Source: an uncultured Flavobacteriales bacterium
GTDB lineage: Bacteria; Bacteroidota; Bacteroidia; Flavobacteriales_D; CAJJDF01
Direction: 5' to 3'
Length of the DNA: 64,000 bases
NCBI GenBank assembly: GCA_905182785.1
Contig: CAJJDF010000034.1
Span: 20,953 to 84,952 of the forward strand
In this document: positions 9,521 to 20,338 of the stretch, piece by piece
Numbering within the stretch: position 1 is the stretch's first letter
Layout: each line of letters opens with the position of its first letter
Made by a program: the position numbers and the translations under genes
The notes under the pieces: model-generated
Databases searched by the model: none
What the model was told of the DNA's origin: nothing
What the model saw: only the letters and a program-made list of their open reading frames with translations

Positions 9521-10906
9521 ATGAAGAATATTTTCATTTTACTACTTGTTATTTATTGCTTCAATTTGCAATCTCAAAATTATCATTTAACTGGTAACGC
9601 AATTGGTACATCTCCCTTTTCCAATTCTTGCCCTTCGGATACTTGCTTTACTCTAACACCTGATCTACTATGGCAACAAGGTGCAGTTTACAATAGTAAA
9701 CTATTTGATTTAACACTTCCTTTTGATGGTACTTTTTGTCTATTTTTAGGGACCAAAGATTTAAACGGAGCAGATGGCTTTGCATTTGTATTGAAAGATA
9801 CAACTATAACAATGCCAGGACTTGCAGGAGGAGGAATTGGATATGGATCTCTCACTCCTTCCATTGCAATAGAATTTGATACATGGGATAATGGTGGAGC
9901 AGATATTCCTGCAGATCATACTAGTTTAAATTACAATGGCAATTCATTTACACCAATAGTTCCTTCTATTCCATTAATACCTTCAGGTGCAAATGTAGAG
10001 GATGGAATGCCTCACACTGCAAGAATTATTTGGACCCCCCACGATACAACCTTATATATGTTTTTTGATAATATATTAAGATTTACACACAGAGTAGACT
10101 TAATTAATACAATATTTGGAGGGGATAAAAAGGTTAATTGGGGATTTACATCTTCTACTGGAGGTTCTTCAAATCTGCAACAAATTTGTTTTCCTGTGAA
10201 ACCCATAGATACCTTTCACGACACAATTTGTCAAGATATTTGTTTAAATTTTAATCAATTAAATTACGATCCAAATTACACTTACAGATGGAATAATGGA
10301 ATTACGGATACTTTACCAATTGTAATTTTGTGTACGAATATTTCAACATCATACTTACTTTTTAAAGAAAGTAAACTGACGAGAATTATAGATACAATAA
10401 CAGTTTTTGTAGAAGTAGAACAAAAACCAATTTTAGACTTAGGAAGGGAAATTATATTATGTGACGGAAGTATTGTTTTAGATGCAACTATTAATAATGG
10501 AAGATTCTATTTATGGAATGATGGGTCTCAGTTAAAAAAATTATCAGTTTCAGACACTGGTTTATATTGGGTAGAAGCTAGAACTAATTATTGTTTGGTA
10601 AGAGATTCTGTTACAATTAAATGTTATGAATTGCCAAACGTATTTTCTCCAAATAGTGATGGTATTAATGATCATTTCTCTCCTTTTAATAAATATGAAT
10701 TCTCTGAAGGAACTTTTTTAGTTTATAATAGATGGGGTTCATTAGTTATGGAGACTAATGATATTAATTTAATTAAAAAAGGATGGGATGGAAATTTTAA
10801 TGGTAAAATATGCTCAGAAGGAGTTTATTATTTCACCTTTTCTTATCAAATAAATAGGAATGATGAAACGATTAATATTAAAGGAGCTTTTCATTTATTT
10901 AGATAA
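9521..10906 (+). CDS. Secreted L-type (legume-like) lectin domain protein with a T9SS type B C-terminal sorting domain
   Basis: Signal peptide; lectin-like motifs ADGFAFVL, GGGIGYG and IAIEFDTWDN; C-terminal PNVFSPNSDGINDHF followed by the RWG...GVYYF pattern of the gliding-motility/CHU_C type domain. Confidence 0.8.
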   Translation: MKNIFILLLVIYCFNLQSQNYHLTGNAIGTSPFSNSCPSDTCFTLTPDLLWQQGAVYNSKLFDLTLPFDGTFCLFLGTKDLNGADGFAFVLKDTTITMPGLAGGGIGYGSLTPSIAIEFDTWDNGGADIPADHTSLNYNGNSFTPIVPSIPLIPSGANVEDGMPHTARIIWTPHDTTLYMFFDNILRFTHRVDLINTIFGGDKKVNWGFTSSTGGSSNLQQICFPVKPIDTFHDTICQDICLNFNQLNYDPNYTYRWNNGITDTLPIVILCTNISTSYLLFKESKLTRIIDTITVFVEVEQKPILDLGREIILCDGSIVLDATINNGRFYLWNDGSQLKKLSVSDTGLYWVEARTNYCLVRDSVTIKCYELPNVFSPNSDGINDHFSPFNKYEFSEGTFLVYNRWGSLVMETNDINLIKKGWDGNFNGKICSEGVYYFTFSYQINRNDETINIKGAFHLFR

Positions 10907-11017
10907 TTCTAACTTAAAATTATTATAAGTCAGTTAACTGACAATCTTATTGTAATTTGTACATTAAGTGTTTTTTTTGTATTATTAGTTAAAATTAAAT
11001 ACTAATAAAACAATATT

Positions 11018-11809
11018 ATGAAAAAAAAATACTTTACTGGGCTATTCTTAATGATGACGTCCATAGCTTTAACACAAAATGTTCCTGTAGATTTTGAAAC
11101 TGTTGGGCATGGTGCATCTTGGAGTTGGTCTGTGTTTGAAAACACAACAAATCCAGCATTACAAATTGTAGTAAACCCTAATCCATCTGGGATTAACACG
11201 TCTCCTACTGTAGCCAAATTTGTTGCATTACAAACTGGTAATCCTTGGGCTGGTTGTGAAACTATGCACGGTTCTGATATTGGTACATTTACTATTACTG
11301 CATCCAATGCAATTATTAGAATTATGGTTTACAAGACAAAGATTAGTGATGTAGGAATTAAATTAGTTACAAATTCAGCTTGGTCTACAGGTGAAATTAA
11401 AGTAGCAAATACATTAATTAATCAATGGGAGCAATTAACATTTGATTTCACTTCTCATATTGGTAATGGAAGAACTTACGATCAATTAGTTGTATTTCCA
11501 GATTTTGTAGCAAGAGCTGCTGATGACACTATCTATTTTGATAATGTATTTGGACAAGCTGCTTATTTAAGTACTCCTGAATTATCTATAGATGATGTTT
11601 CTATTTACCCAAATCCTACAAATGGATTAGTTAAAATAGAATCTGAAACTTTTATTAATGAAATAGAATTGTACAATATGGAAGGGAAACTTCTTTTTAC
11701 TGAAAGAAATTCATCTACAATTGATCTAAGTAGTTTTGATAATGGAGTTTATATTATCAGAACTAGACAAAATGATATAGTATCTAATCATAGAGTAATA
11801 AAAAATTAG
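11018..11809 (+). CDS. Secreted CBM-like beta-sandwich protein with a T9SS type A (Por_Secre_tail) sorting domain
   Basis: Signal peptide. The C-terminus SIYPNPTNGLVKIE...GVYIIRT... is a typical type A CTD. Confidence 0.8.
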   Translation: MKKKYFTGLFLMMTSIALTQNVPVDFETVGHGASWSWSVFENTTNPALQIVVNPNPSGINTSPTVAKFVALQTGNPWAGCETMHGSDIGTFTITASNAIIRIMVYKTKISDVGIKLVTNSAWSTGEIKVANTLINQWEQLTFDFTSHIGNGRTYDQLVVFPDFVARAADDTIYFDNVFGQAAYLSTPELSIDDVSIYPNPTNGLVKIESETFINEIELYNMEGKLLFTERNSSTIDLSSFDNGVYIIRTRQNDIVSNHRVIKN

Positions 11810-11842
11810 TTGTGCATTAGATTAAAAAACTAATTTAAAAAA

Positions 11843-11875
11843 GCCATTTCAATTTATATTGAAATGGCTTTTTTA
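11843..11875 (+). terminator. Rho-independent terminator after 11018..11809
   Basis: Stem GCCATTTCAA (11843-11852) pairs with TTGAAATGGC (11859-11868), followed by a T run. Confidence 0.75.
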
Positions 11876-11930
11876 TTTTTTACAAATCTCTAATATCAAT
11901 GAATTAATTAAATAGAAAATATAATGCATT

Positions 11931-11967
11931 AAAAAAGCCTTCTAAACTAATGCTTAGAAGGCTTTTT
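11931..11967. terminator. Bidirectional hairpin, likely terminator of tRNA-Lys copy 1
   Basis: Stem GCCTTCTAA (11937-11945) pairs with TTAGAAGGC (11954-11962), flanked by A6 and T5 runs. Confidence 0.65.
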
Positions 11968-11975
11968 GGCTGTTG

Positions 11976-12048
11976 TGATCCAGCTGGGATTCGAACCCAG
12001 GACCCACGCCTTAAAAGGGCGTTGCTCTACCAACTGAGCTACTGAATC
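11976..12048 (-). tRNA. tRNA-Lys (anticodon UUU), copy 1
   Basis: The reverse complement reads GATTCAG-TA-GCTC-AGTTGGTA-GAGC-A-ACGCC-CTTTTAA-GGCGT-GGGTC-CTGGG-TTCGAAT-CCCAG-CTGGATC-A, a canonical cloverleaf. Confidence 0.95.
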
Positions 12049-12060
12049 GCTAACGGTTTG

Positions 12061-12090
12061 CAAATATATAAATCTCTTTATTAAAAGCAA
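12061..12090 (-). promoter_or_regulatory. Bacteroidota sigma-A type promoter for tRNA-Lys copy 1
   Basis: On the minus strand, TTG (12088-12090), a 19-nt spacer, then TATATTTG (12061-12068). This matches the -33 TTG / -7 TAnnTTTG consensus and sits 12 nt upstream of the mature tRNA 5' end. Confidence 0.6.
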
Positions 12091-12315
12091 TGATTTTGAT
12101 AGAATAACTTGAAAGAAAATTAAACTTCTTTACTTTAGCTCTAAATTGAAATCATTTTAACTTAATTTTGAGAAAGGTTTATGGCTATTTTAATTTAGTT
12201 TTCATTCCTTTTTAATTTGAAAAACAGAAGGTTAATTATTTCATAACATCCTAAATTATTAGGAGAAATAGTCAAAATAAGGAGGTCTATCATTCTTCTT
12301 ATTTCCTTTAAAATA

Positions 12316-13320
12316 TTATTTATTGTAGGTTAAAAGAATATCACCTGATCTAGAAAAAGAAGAATCTTTACTTTTCATGGTAATAATTACATTTATAATA
12401 TCTCCAGGGTCTGTTGCAAATGATGCTAAATTAAGAGTTGTATATGTCCATAATATATTAGTCACATTTACAAGAGGAGTTATACTAGTTCCCTGTGTAA
12501 CGTTTTGAACCTCTACTGATATAGCTCCATTAACTTCACTCTGGTTTGCAATTGTGGTTATTCCCCAAGATTTATAATCTAGAGGGACTTTTAATCTAAG
12601 TTTTACATCATAATATTGATCTGTTGAACTTGGAGAATACCATTCGTAATGGTTCATATTTTGTATTGGACTATGATTAGATGTCATATAACCAAAATGT
12701 TCTCCTGCGGTTCCGTTAATAGTATCGAAAACAGCACCTGCATATTCTGCAGCAAAGTAAAGCTCTCCTTTTGGTAAAAAAAGTGAGTCTAAATCTAAAT
12801 ATCTAACTACACCTGTAGCTGGGTCTACAATAAGTAAGGCCGTATCATTTGCTTGTGCAGGTCGTAAACCTCCAATACGAATAGCGTCTGAACCTGCAGC
12901 TGGGACTACGTGTAAATTATTAAGAGGATTTAATACACCAATCCCAACATTTCCTTGAGTAAAAATATTATCATTGATATTATCTGCGCCAATACTTCCT
13001 CCTACTTCATGCCAACCATTTTCTTCATTAAGAGTAACATAAATTGTATCCTCCCCTTCTACTATAATAAGAGTATCACCTGTTATAAAAATAGTATCAA
13101 TCTTTTCATCTATTACATCTCCTATTTTTGCTAAAATACCAGTTGTTAAACCTATATAATAGTCATTATTTACTGTGTCTAGGTACATATCTCCTTCTCC
13201 TGCAGTTTTATTCGTATTAATTGCACTAATTTGTAATGAAGTATAATATTGTGAAAATACCATAGATGGTACAACAAATAAAATAACAAATAAAATAACC
13301 TTTCCTTTACTAATTCTCAT
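12316..13320 (-). CDS. Secreted hypothetical protein (surface/adhesin-like), partner gene in the ice-binding cassette
   Basis: Signal peptide ending VFSQ. Contains EGDMYLDTVNNDYYIG and GNVGIGVLNPLNNLHV, short motifs of the kind seen in Bacteroidota surface and tail-fibre-like proteins. No confident family assignment. Confidence 0.7.
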   Translation of the reverse strand: MRISKGKVILFVILFVVPSMVFSQYYTSLQISAINTNKTAGEGDMYLDTVNNDYYIGLTTGILAKIGDVIDEKIDTIFITGDTLIIVEGEDTIYVTLNEENGWHEVGGSIGADNINDNIFTQGNVGIGVLNPLNNLHVVPAAGSDAIRIGGLRPAQANDTALLIVDPATGVVRYLDLDSLFLPKGELYFAAEYAGAVFDTINGTAGEHFGYMTSNHSPIQNMNHYEWYSPSSTDQYYDVKLRLKVPLDYKSWGITTIANQSEVNGAISVEVQNVTQGTSITPLVNVTNILWTYTTLNLASFATDPGDIINVIITMKSKDSSFSRSGDILLTYNK

Positions 13321-13391
13321 ATATCTATTATTTAATAAATTTTTAATCTGTTATTCATTAAAGAAACGAACTATCATTAATGATTTTTAAT

Positions 13392-15494
13392 CTATAGGTT
13401 TTGAAGCCAAAAATAGGTTTTTTCCTTCCCATTAAAAAAGAACTTTCCGTGTCGCATCCTATCAAATTGAATATACATAAATGTGAAATATTCACCATCT
13501 GCTAGGTTTATATCACCTTGCCAAACACCATTAGTCTTATCCATTTTAGATAAGCGTAATTCTCCAGTTGAAAAATCTCCATCTTTATCTTCATCAATAA
13601 CTAAATAAAGCGGTTTGTCTACTCCCATTGGTGGGGTTGGTAAATCTGCACTGTCAATTTGAACCAACAATTCGCCCACATCATTATAGTTCTCTTCGAC
13701 TAACCATTCTCTTTTTAATCGATAAATGATGTTAAATCCTGCTTGAGTTTCACTATTAACCCAAGTATTTTTAGAACTGTCATTATTTGCCCACATTAGG
13801 GTAATTTTATCATTAGTAAATGGAGTTAGGTGTGCTAAATTGTTTACAGCAATATTCATTAAACCTATGGTTACCATGCCATCTGGATTAACGCTTTTAC
13901 TTTGTCTTTGATCTAAACCGTAAAAATCATCTTGCCCAATACCGGTAATGTCATGTATATAGGTTGTTGAAACTGAATCTTCCCAAGCTGATGTACTGTC
14001 AGACAAAGTATAATCGGTTCCCACTGTACCGTCATTGTCATTGTCGTTTATTTGGTCTAATGTTATCCCATATTTAATTGCTAAATATGATTCTATTATA
14101 TTTATTTCGTTTAGTAAAAATGTATTTCCTAAAACGTGTTCAACATTCATAATTTCAGCAATATTACCATCATAGTGTCGGTTAATATTATCTGAACCAA
14201 CAAAGGTCGTATCTCCATTCCCTTTTACAGTTCCACCGGATTTTGTTGATATTTCTAATCCGTTTCTAGAAATACTTTCGGCAGTATTGGATTGAATAAA
14301 TGACCATAAATAAGGTGTATTGAGTGTTCCTCCCCAAGCAACAGATTGTTCATTTTGTGTACCTGCGTCAAAATAAGATTTTCCATCTCCCGAAACATCA
14401 ACAACTCCAAAGCTATTAACACCTGATAAGGGCTCTTCCAATAAATATTGGTTTTTTATTGATTTAGGTATAGAAACTACAAATGATGTTTCGTGTAAAT
14501 TAAAACCTGTGATAATAGCCCCTCCTGGTTTTATCATTTTAGTAGTGGATCCATCAAATAATAAGGATGGATTGAAATTTATGGAATTAGATACATAAGT
14601 AGGCTCTTCTCCTGAAATAGTATACAAAGAATCATTTGGTAGATCTTGATTTTTCCATTTACTAACTAAAGGAGAGCCAACTAATCCATCGTCAGCTTTT
14701 ACCCAAAACCTTCTGAATACTTTTACACATGGAACTGGAGCTGTTATTGTAACTTGGTATACAGATACCGCTCCACTATTAGTAAGCATTCTTCCTTCTA
14801 CTGTTCCTCCAGCACCTATTGAAACTGCTCCTGCCCCAGAAATAAGCGTTCCTTTCATTTGTGTATTTGTCGCCATTGCTATAGCACCTCCAGATGCCCA
14901 AAACACATTACAAGGTAAAGCTCCGTTGATCAATACTATATTGGCACCTGCTCCTGTGGTAAATGCTCCTCCAAATTTAAATATAAAAACTGAACTGAAA
15001 TCTCCTTGGCCATCTAGTATTAGAGTTCCTGCCGCTGATCCAGCTCCTGCTTCGGCATATACTCCTGGCAAAACTGTTTCACCTCCACCAAATGCAGGTG
15101 TGTGACCAAAAATTGTTTGAGGAATAACAAGTAATTGATTGTATAGGTCTTGTACATCAATTACACCCTGAGCAGTTAAGGCATTAGCCGAATCTATTGT
15201 TCCTGTAACATTAGTTGGGGATCCAAATCCAGTTATTGCACCATTATTTGTACCTATATTTCCTCCGATAAAAGACGTTGCAGTATTACTCAATGCCCCA
15301 GAAGATGTAAATAGGGCAAACTGTTCCGTTACTCCTAAATTTAGTGACTGGGCAGAAATGTTAATTGAAAAAAATAATACTATAATAGGAGTTAATATTA
15401 TTACCGAAAAATGTATTTTAAATTTCGGTATACAATATTTAATGGTGTCTATATTTTTTTTAATTAGACTATTAAGTAGATTGGTTTCCTTCAT
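13392..15494 (-). CDS. DUF3494 ice-binding-family domain fused to a roughly 440-aa C-terminal region (LamG-like and Asp-rich segments)
   Basis: Residues about 50-255 follow the DUF3494 pattern: LGVTEQFALFTSSGALSNT...GNIGTNNGAITGF, VLPGVY, LDGQGD..SVFIFKFGGAFTT, INGALPCNVFW, and GRMLTNSGAVS...VTITAP. Confidence 0.85.
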   Translation of the reverse strand: MKETNLLNSLIKKNIDTIKYCIPKFKIHFSVIILTPIIVLFFSINISAQSLNLGVTEQFALFTSSGALSNTATSFIGGNIGTNNGAITGFGSPTNVTGTIDSANALTAQGVIDVQDLYNQLLVIPQTIFGHTPAFGGGETVLPGVYAEAGAGSAAGTLILDGQGDFSSVFIFKFGGAFTTGAGANIVLINGALPCNVFWASGGAIAMATNTQMKGTLISGAGAVSIGAGGTVEGRMLTNSGAVSVYQVTITAPVPCVKVFRRFWVKADDGLVGSPLVSKWKNQDLPNDSLYTISGEEPTYVSNSINFNPSLLFDGSTTKMIKPGGAIITGFNLHETSFVVSIPKSIKNQYLLEEPLSGVNSFGVVDVSGDGKSYFDAGTQNEQSVAWGGTLNTPYLWSFIQSNTAESISRNGLEISTKSGGTVKGNGDTTFVGSDNINRHYDGNIAEIMNVEHVLGNTFLLNEINIIESYLAIKYGITLDQINDNDNDGTVGTDYTLSDSTSAWEDSVSTTYIHDITGIGQDDFYGLDQRQSKSVNPDGMVTIGLMNIAVNNLAHLTPFTNDKITLMWANNDSSKNTWVNSETQAGFNIIYRLKREWLVEENYNDVGELLVQIDSADLPTPPMGVDKPLYLVIDEDKDGDFSTGELRLSKMDKTNGVWQGDINLADGEYFTFMYIQFDRMRHGKFFFNGKEKTYFWLQNL

Positions 15495-16013
15495 TTTATT
15501 TATTACTAAATTTATTTATGATGTAAAATATATGAAAAATCATCTCCAGCACTTTTATTCGCGGAAGGTTCCAACTAGCTTAGGATTATGTAAGTTCATC
15601 CAACAAAAAAATGAAGGTAGTCTAAAATACTTCTAAAGTACTATTATAGTTAGTTTTCTTTCTAATTATTAGGATTTTTAATCCTAATAAAACCAAGGTA
15701 TTCAAGGATGTTTTGGAGTCTATTTTCTAAATAAATTGATTACATCGTTTGTTTTAAAATTTAGTTAATCTTCTTTCAAAATAATACATTAAAGTTGTTG
15801 TTTAAAAAAAACAACTTTAATTGTTTAAAAGGGAATGAATTAAAATTGTATATAATATCTAATTATAGTGTTTTGCTAACACTGTTTTACAGTCTTGTAA
15901 GTAGTGTTAAATTATTCATCTATTTCTAGAATTATATTATTTAGTGCAAAAAGAATACTTTTAAAGTATAATTAATTAGTCTTTAAAATTGTTAAAAAAA
16001 GGCTTTAAACAAC

Positions 16014-16039
16014 AAAACCTCCTAGTAATAGGAGGTTTT
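16014..16039. terminator. Bidirectional hairpin, likely terminator of tRNA-Lys copy 2
   Basis: Stem AACCTCCT (16016-16023) pairs with AGGAGGTT (16030-16037), flanked by A and T runs. Confidence 0.65.
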
Positions 16040-16051
16040 GAATTGCTGTTG

Positions 16052-16124
16052 TGATCCAGCTGGGATTCGAACCCAGGACCCACGCCTTAAAAGGGCGTTG
16101 CTCTACCAACTGAGCTACTGAATC
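16052..16124 (-). tRNA. tRNA-Lys (anticodon UUU), copy 2
   Basis: Sequence is identical to copy 1. Confidence 0.95.
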
Positions 16125-16136
16125 GCTAACGGTTTG

Positions 16137-16166
16137 CAAATATATAAACCCCTTTATTAAAAGCAA
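16137..16166 (-). promoter_or_regulatory. Bacteroidota sigma-A type promoter for tRNA-Lys copy 2
   Basis: Same TTG-N19-TATATTTG arrangement as copy 1, with the -7 box at 16137-16144. Confidence 0.6.
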
Positions 16167-16183
16167 ACATATTGAGTAGTTTT

Positions 16184-17056
16184 TTAATTATTTAATAGTA
16201 TTAATAATTTTTCATTTACTTTTTTATTTACAGGAACCAAAGGAAGGCGTACGTTATTGCCCATAATATCCATTATTTTTAAAATTTCTTTTACTCCTCC
16301 AGGATTTCCATCTGCAAAGATTGCTTCAATTAATTCTAATAATTGATAGTGTGATTTTCTTGATGACATGAAATCTCCGTCTAGTGCTTTGGCAACTAAA
16401 TTCTTTGTAACTACTGGGTGAGAGTTTGCTATTACAGAGATTAATCCCTCTGCACCAGTTGATATCATTGGTAAAGTAAGTGCATCATCTCCTGAGATCA
16501 CAAGAAAGTCTTGTGGTTTTTTATTTATAATATGCATTACTTGACCTAAGTCTCCTGAGGCTTCTTTGATTGCAATTACATTTTTGAATTCTTCTGCAAT
16601 TCTAATTGTTGTTTCGGCTGTCATGTTGGAAGCTGTTCTTCCTGGTACGTTATAAAGTATAATGTCATGATTCATGTTCTTTGACAGAAACTTATAATGT
16701 TGATATATTCCTTCTTGACTTGGCTTGCTATAATAAGGACTTGCCGAAAGTATTGCAGAGACATCATCTAATTTAAAGTAATTATAATCATCTACCATTT
16801 TTATTGTATCGTTACCTCCTATTCCAAATACAATTGGTAACCTTTTGTTGTTAATTTTAATTACAAAATCTAATATTTCTTGTTTTTCTATCATAGAAAG
16901 GGTAGCAGCTTCTCCGGTTGTTCCCATCACAACTAAATAATCTACCCCTCCATCAATTAAGTAGTTGGTTAGTTTTTCTAATGCTGGATAGTCTATTTCT
17001 TTATTGACCTTGAAAGGAGTAACCATGGCAACTCCTAGTCCTTTTAAGTTGTTCAT
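16184..17056 (-). CDS. dapA: 4-hydroxy-tetrahydrodipicolinate synthase
   Basis: Shows GVAMVTPF, the GTTGEA motif, and the full-length DapA/NAL family pattern (290 aa). Confidence 0.92.
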   Translation of the reverse strand: MNNLKGLGVAMVTPFKVNKEIDYPALEKLTNYLIDGGVDYLVVMGTTGEAATLSMIEKQEILDFVIKINNKRLPIVFGIGGNDTIKMVDDYNYFKLDDVSAILSASPYYSKPSQEGIYQHYKFLSKNMNHDIILYNVPGRTASNMTAETTIRIAEEFKNVIAIKEASGDLGQVMHIINKKPQDFLVISGDDALTLPMISTGAEGLISVIANSHPVVTKNLVAKALDGDFMSSRKSHYQLLELIEAIFADGNPGGVKEILKIMDIMGNNVRLPLVPVNKKVNEKLLILLNN

Positions 17057-17057
17057 T

Positions 17058-17615
17058 TTAATTTGGTTTAACTTGTTTTAAAAATGTATTTACTTGATTA
17101 ATAAATTGACTTACGGGAGCTGTTTTTTCCATTTCTACCATAAAATCAAAATACTTTTCGTTCTCTTTGGAGTGTCTTCCAATTTTAAGCCCTGATTTAG
17201 AGCTTGCAATAATGTGTTTAATCGGATTTATATTATCTCTAGAGAAATCGATTAAAATTTCGAAATCATTTTTTATAAAATCTTTGACTTCTTTGGAGAT
17301 TCCGAAGTTATTCCTATTTAAATCACTTTTTGTGAAGTATTGATATTTTATGGATTGATTGATAATGAAATTGGGAATTTTTTTGGTATCACAATATCCA
17401 ATGGAAACAATAGATTTGAATCCAACCTCTTCTCTTAAGTAGTCGATAAATTTGTTTATAAAGTATTGATAATCTGTTGTAGTAACTGGATAAATCACTC
17501 CTATAGATTTTGCATTAGAATAATTAACAACTTTCAATCTTCTTTTATTTGATTGTAAAATTTTATCAATTTTCCTTTTGCCTAAAGCATTTTTTATGTT
17601 TTCTATTAATTTCAT
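17058..17615 (-). CDS. Hypothetical protein (conserved-looking, cytoplasmic)
   Basis: Clean 185-aa ORF packed 1 nt upstream of dapA. No recognisable motif. Confidence 0.65.
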   Translation of the reverse strand: MKLIENIKNALGKRKIDKILQSNKRRLKVVNYSNAKSIGVIYPVTTTDYQYFINKFIDYLREEVGFKSIVSIGYCDTKKIPNFIINQSIKYQYFTKSDLNRNNFGISKEVKDFIKNDFEILIDFSRDNINPIKHIIASSKSGLKIGRHSKENEKYFDFMVEMEKTAPVSQFINQVNTFLKQVKPN

Positions 17616-17658
17616 TTATTGTCACAAAATTACAAAGTAAAGTTGCTTTAAGTAATAA

Positions 17659-20325
<2,667 letters not shown>

Positions 20326-20338
<13 letters not shown>

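Larger units (their letters stand above)
11969..12090. repeat. Direct repeat copy 1 (122 bp): promoter plus tRNA-Lys unit
   Basis: Matches 16045-16166 except at two positions (12073 and 12075). Confidence 0.95.
16045..16166. repeat. Direct repeat copy 2 (122 bp): promoter plus tRNA-Lys unit
   Basis: Matches 11969-12090 except at 16149 and 16151. Confidence 0.95.

Noticed and set aside
15358-15636. A 92-aa plus-strand ORF in the leader of the ice-binding gene.
   Set aside because: It overlaps the DUF3494 gene start in antisense, is Ile/Phe/Leu-rich and low-complexity, and has no supporting signals.
11969-16166. Whether the tRNA-flanked cassette is a classical integrase-mediated genomic island or a prophage remnant.
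   Set aside because: No integrase, recombinase, transposase or phage gene lies inside or adjacent. The repeat is a whole tRNA unit with its promoter rather than a 3'-tRNA att fragment. It is kept as a finding, but only as a recombination-bounded cassette.
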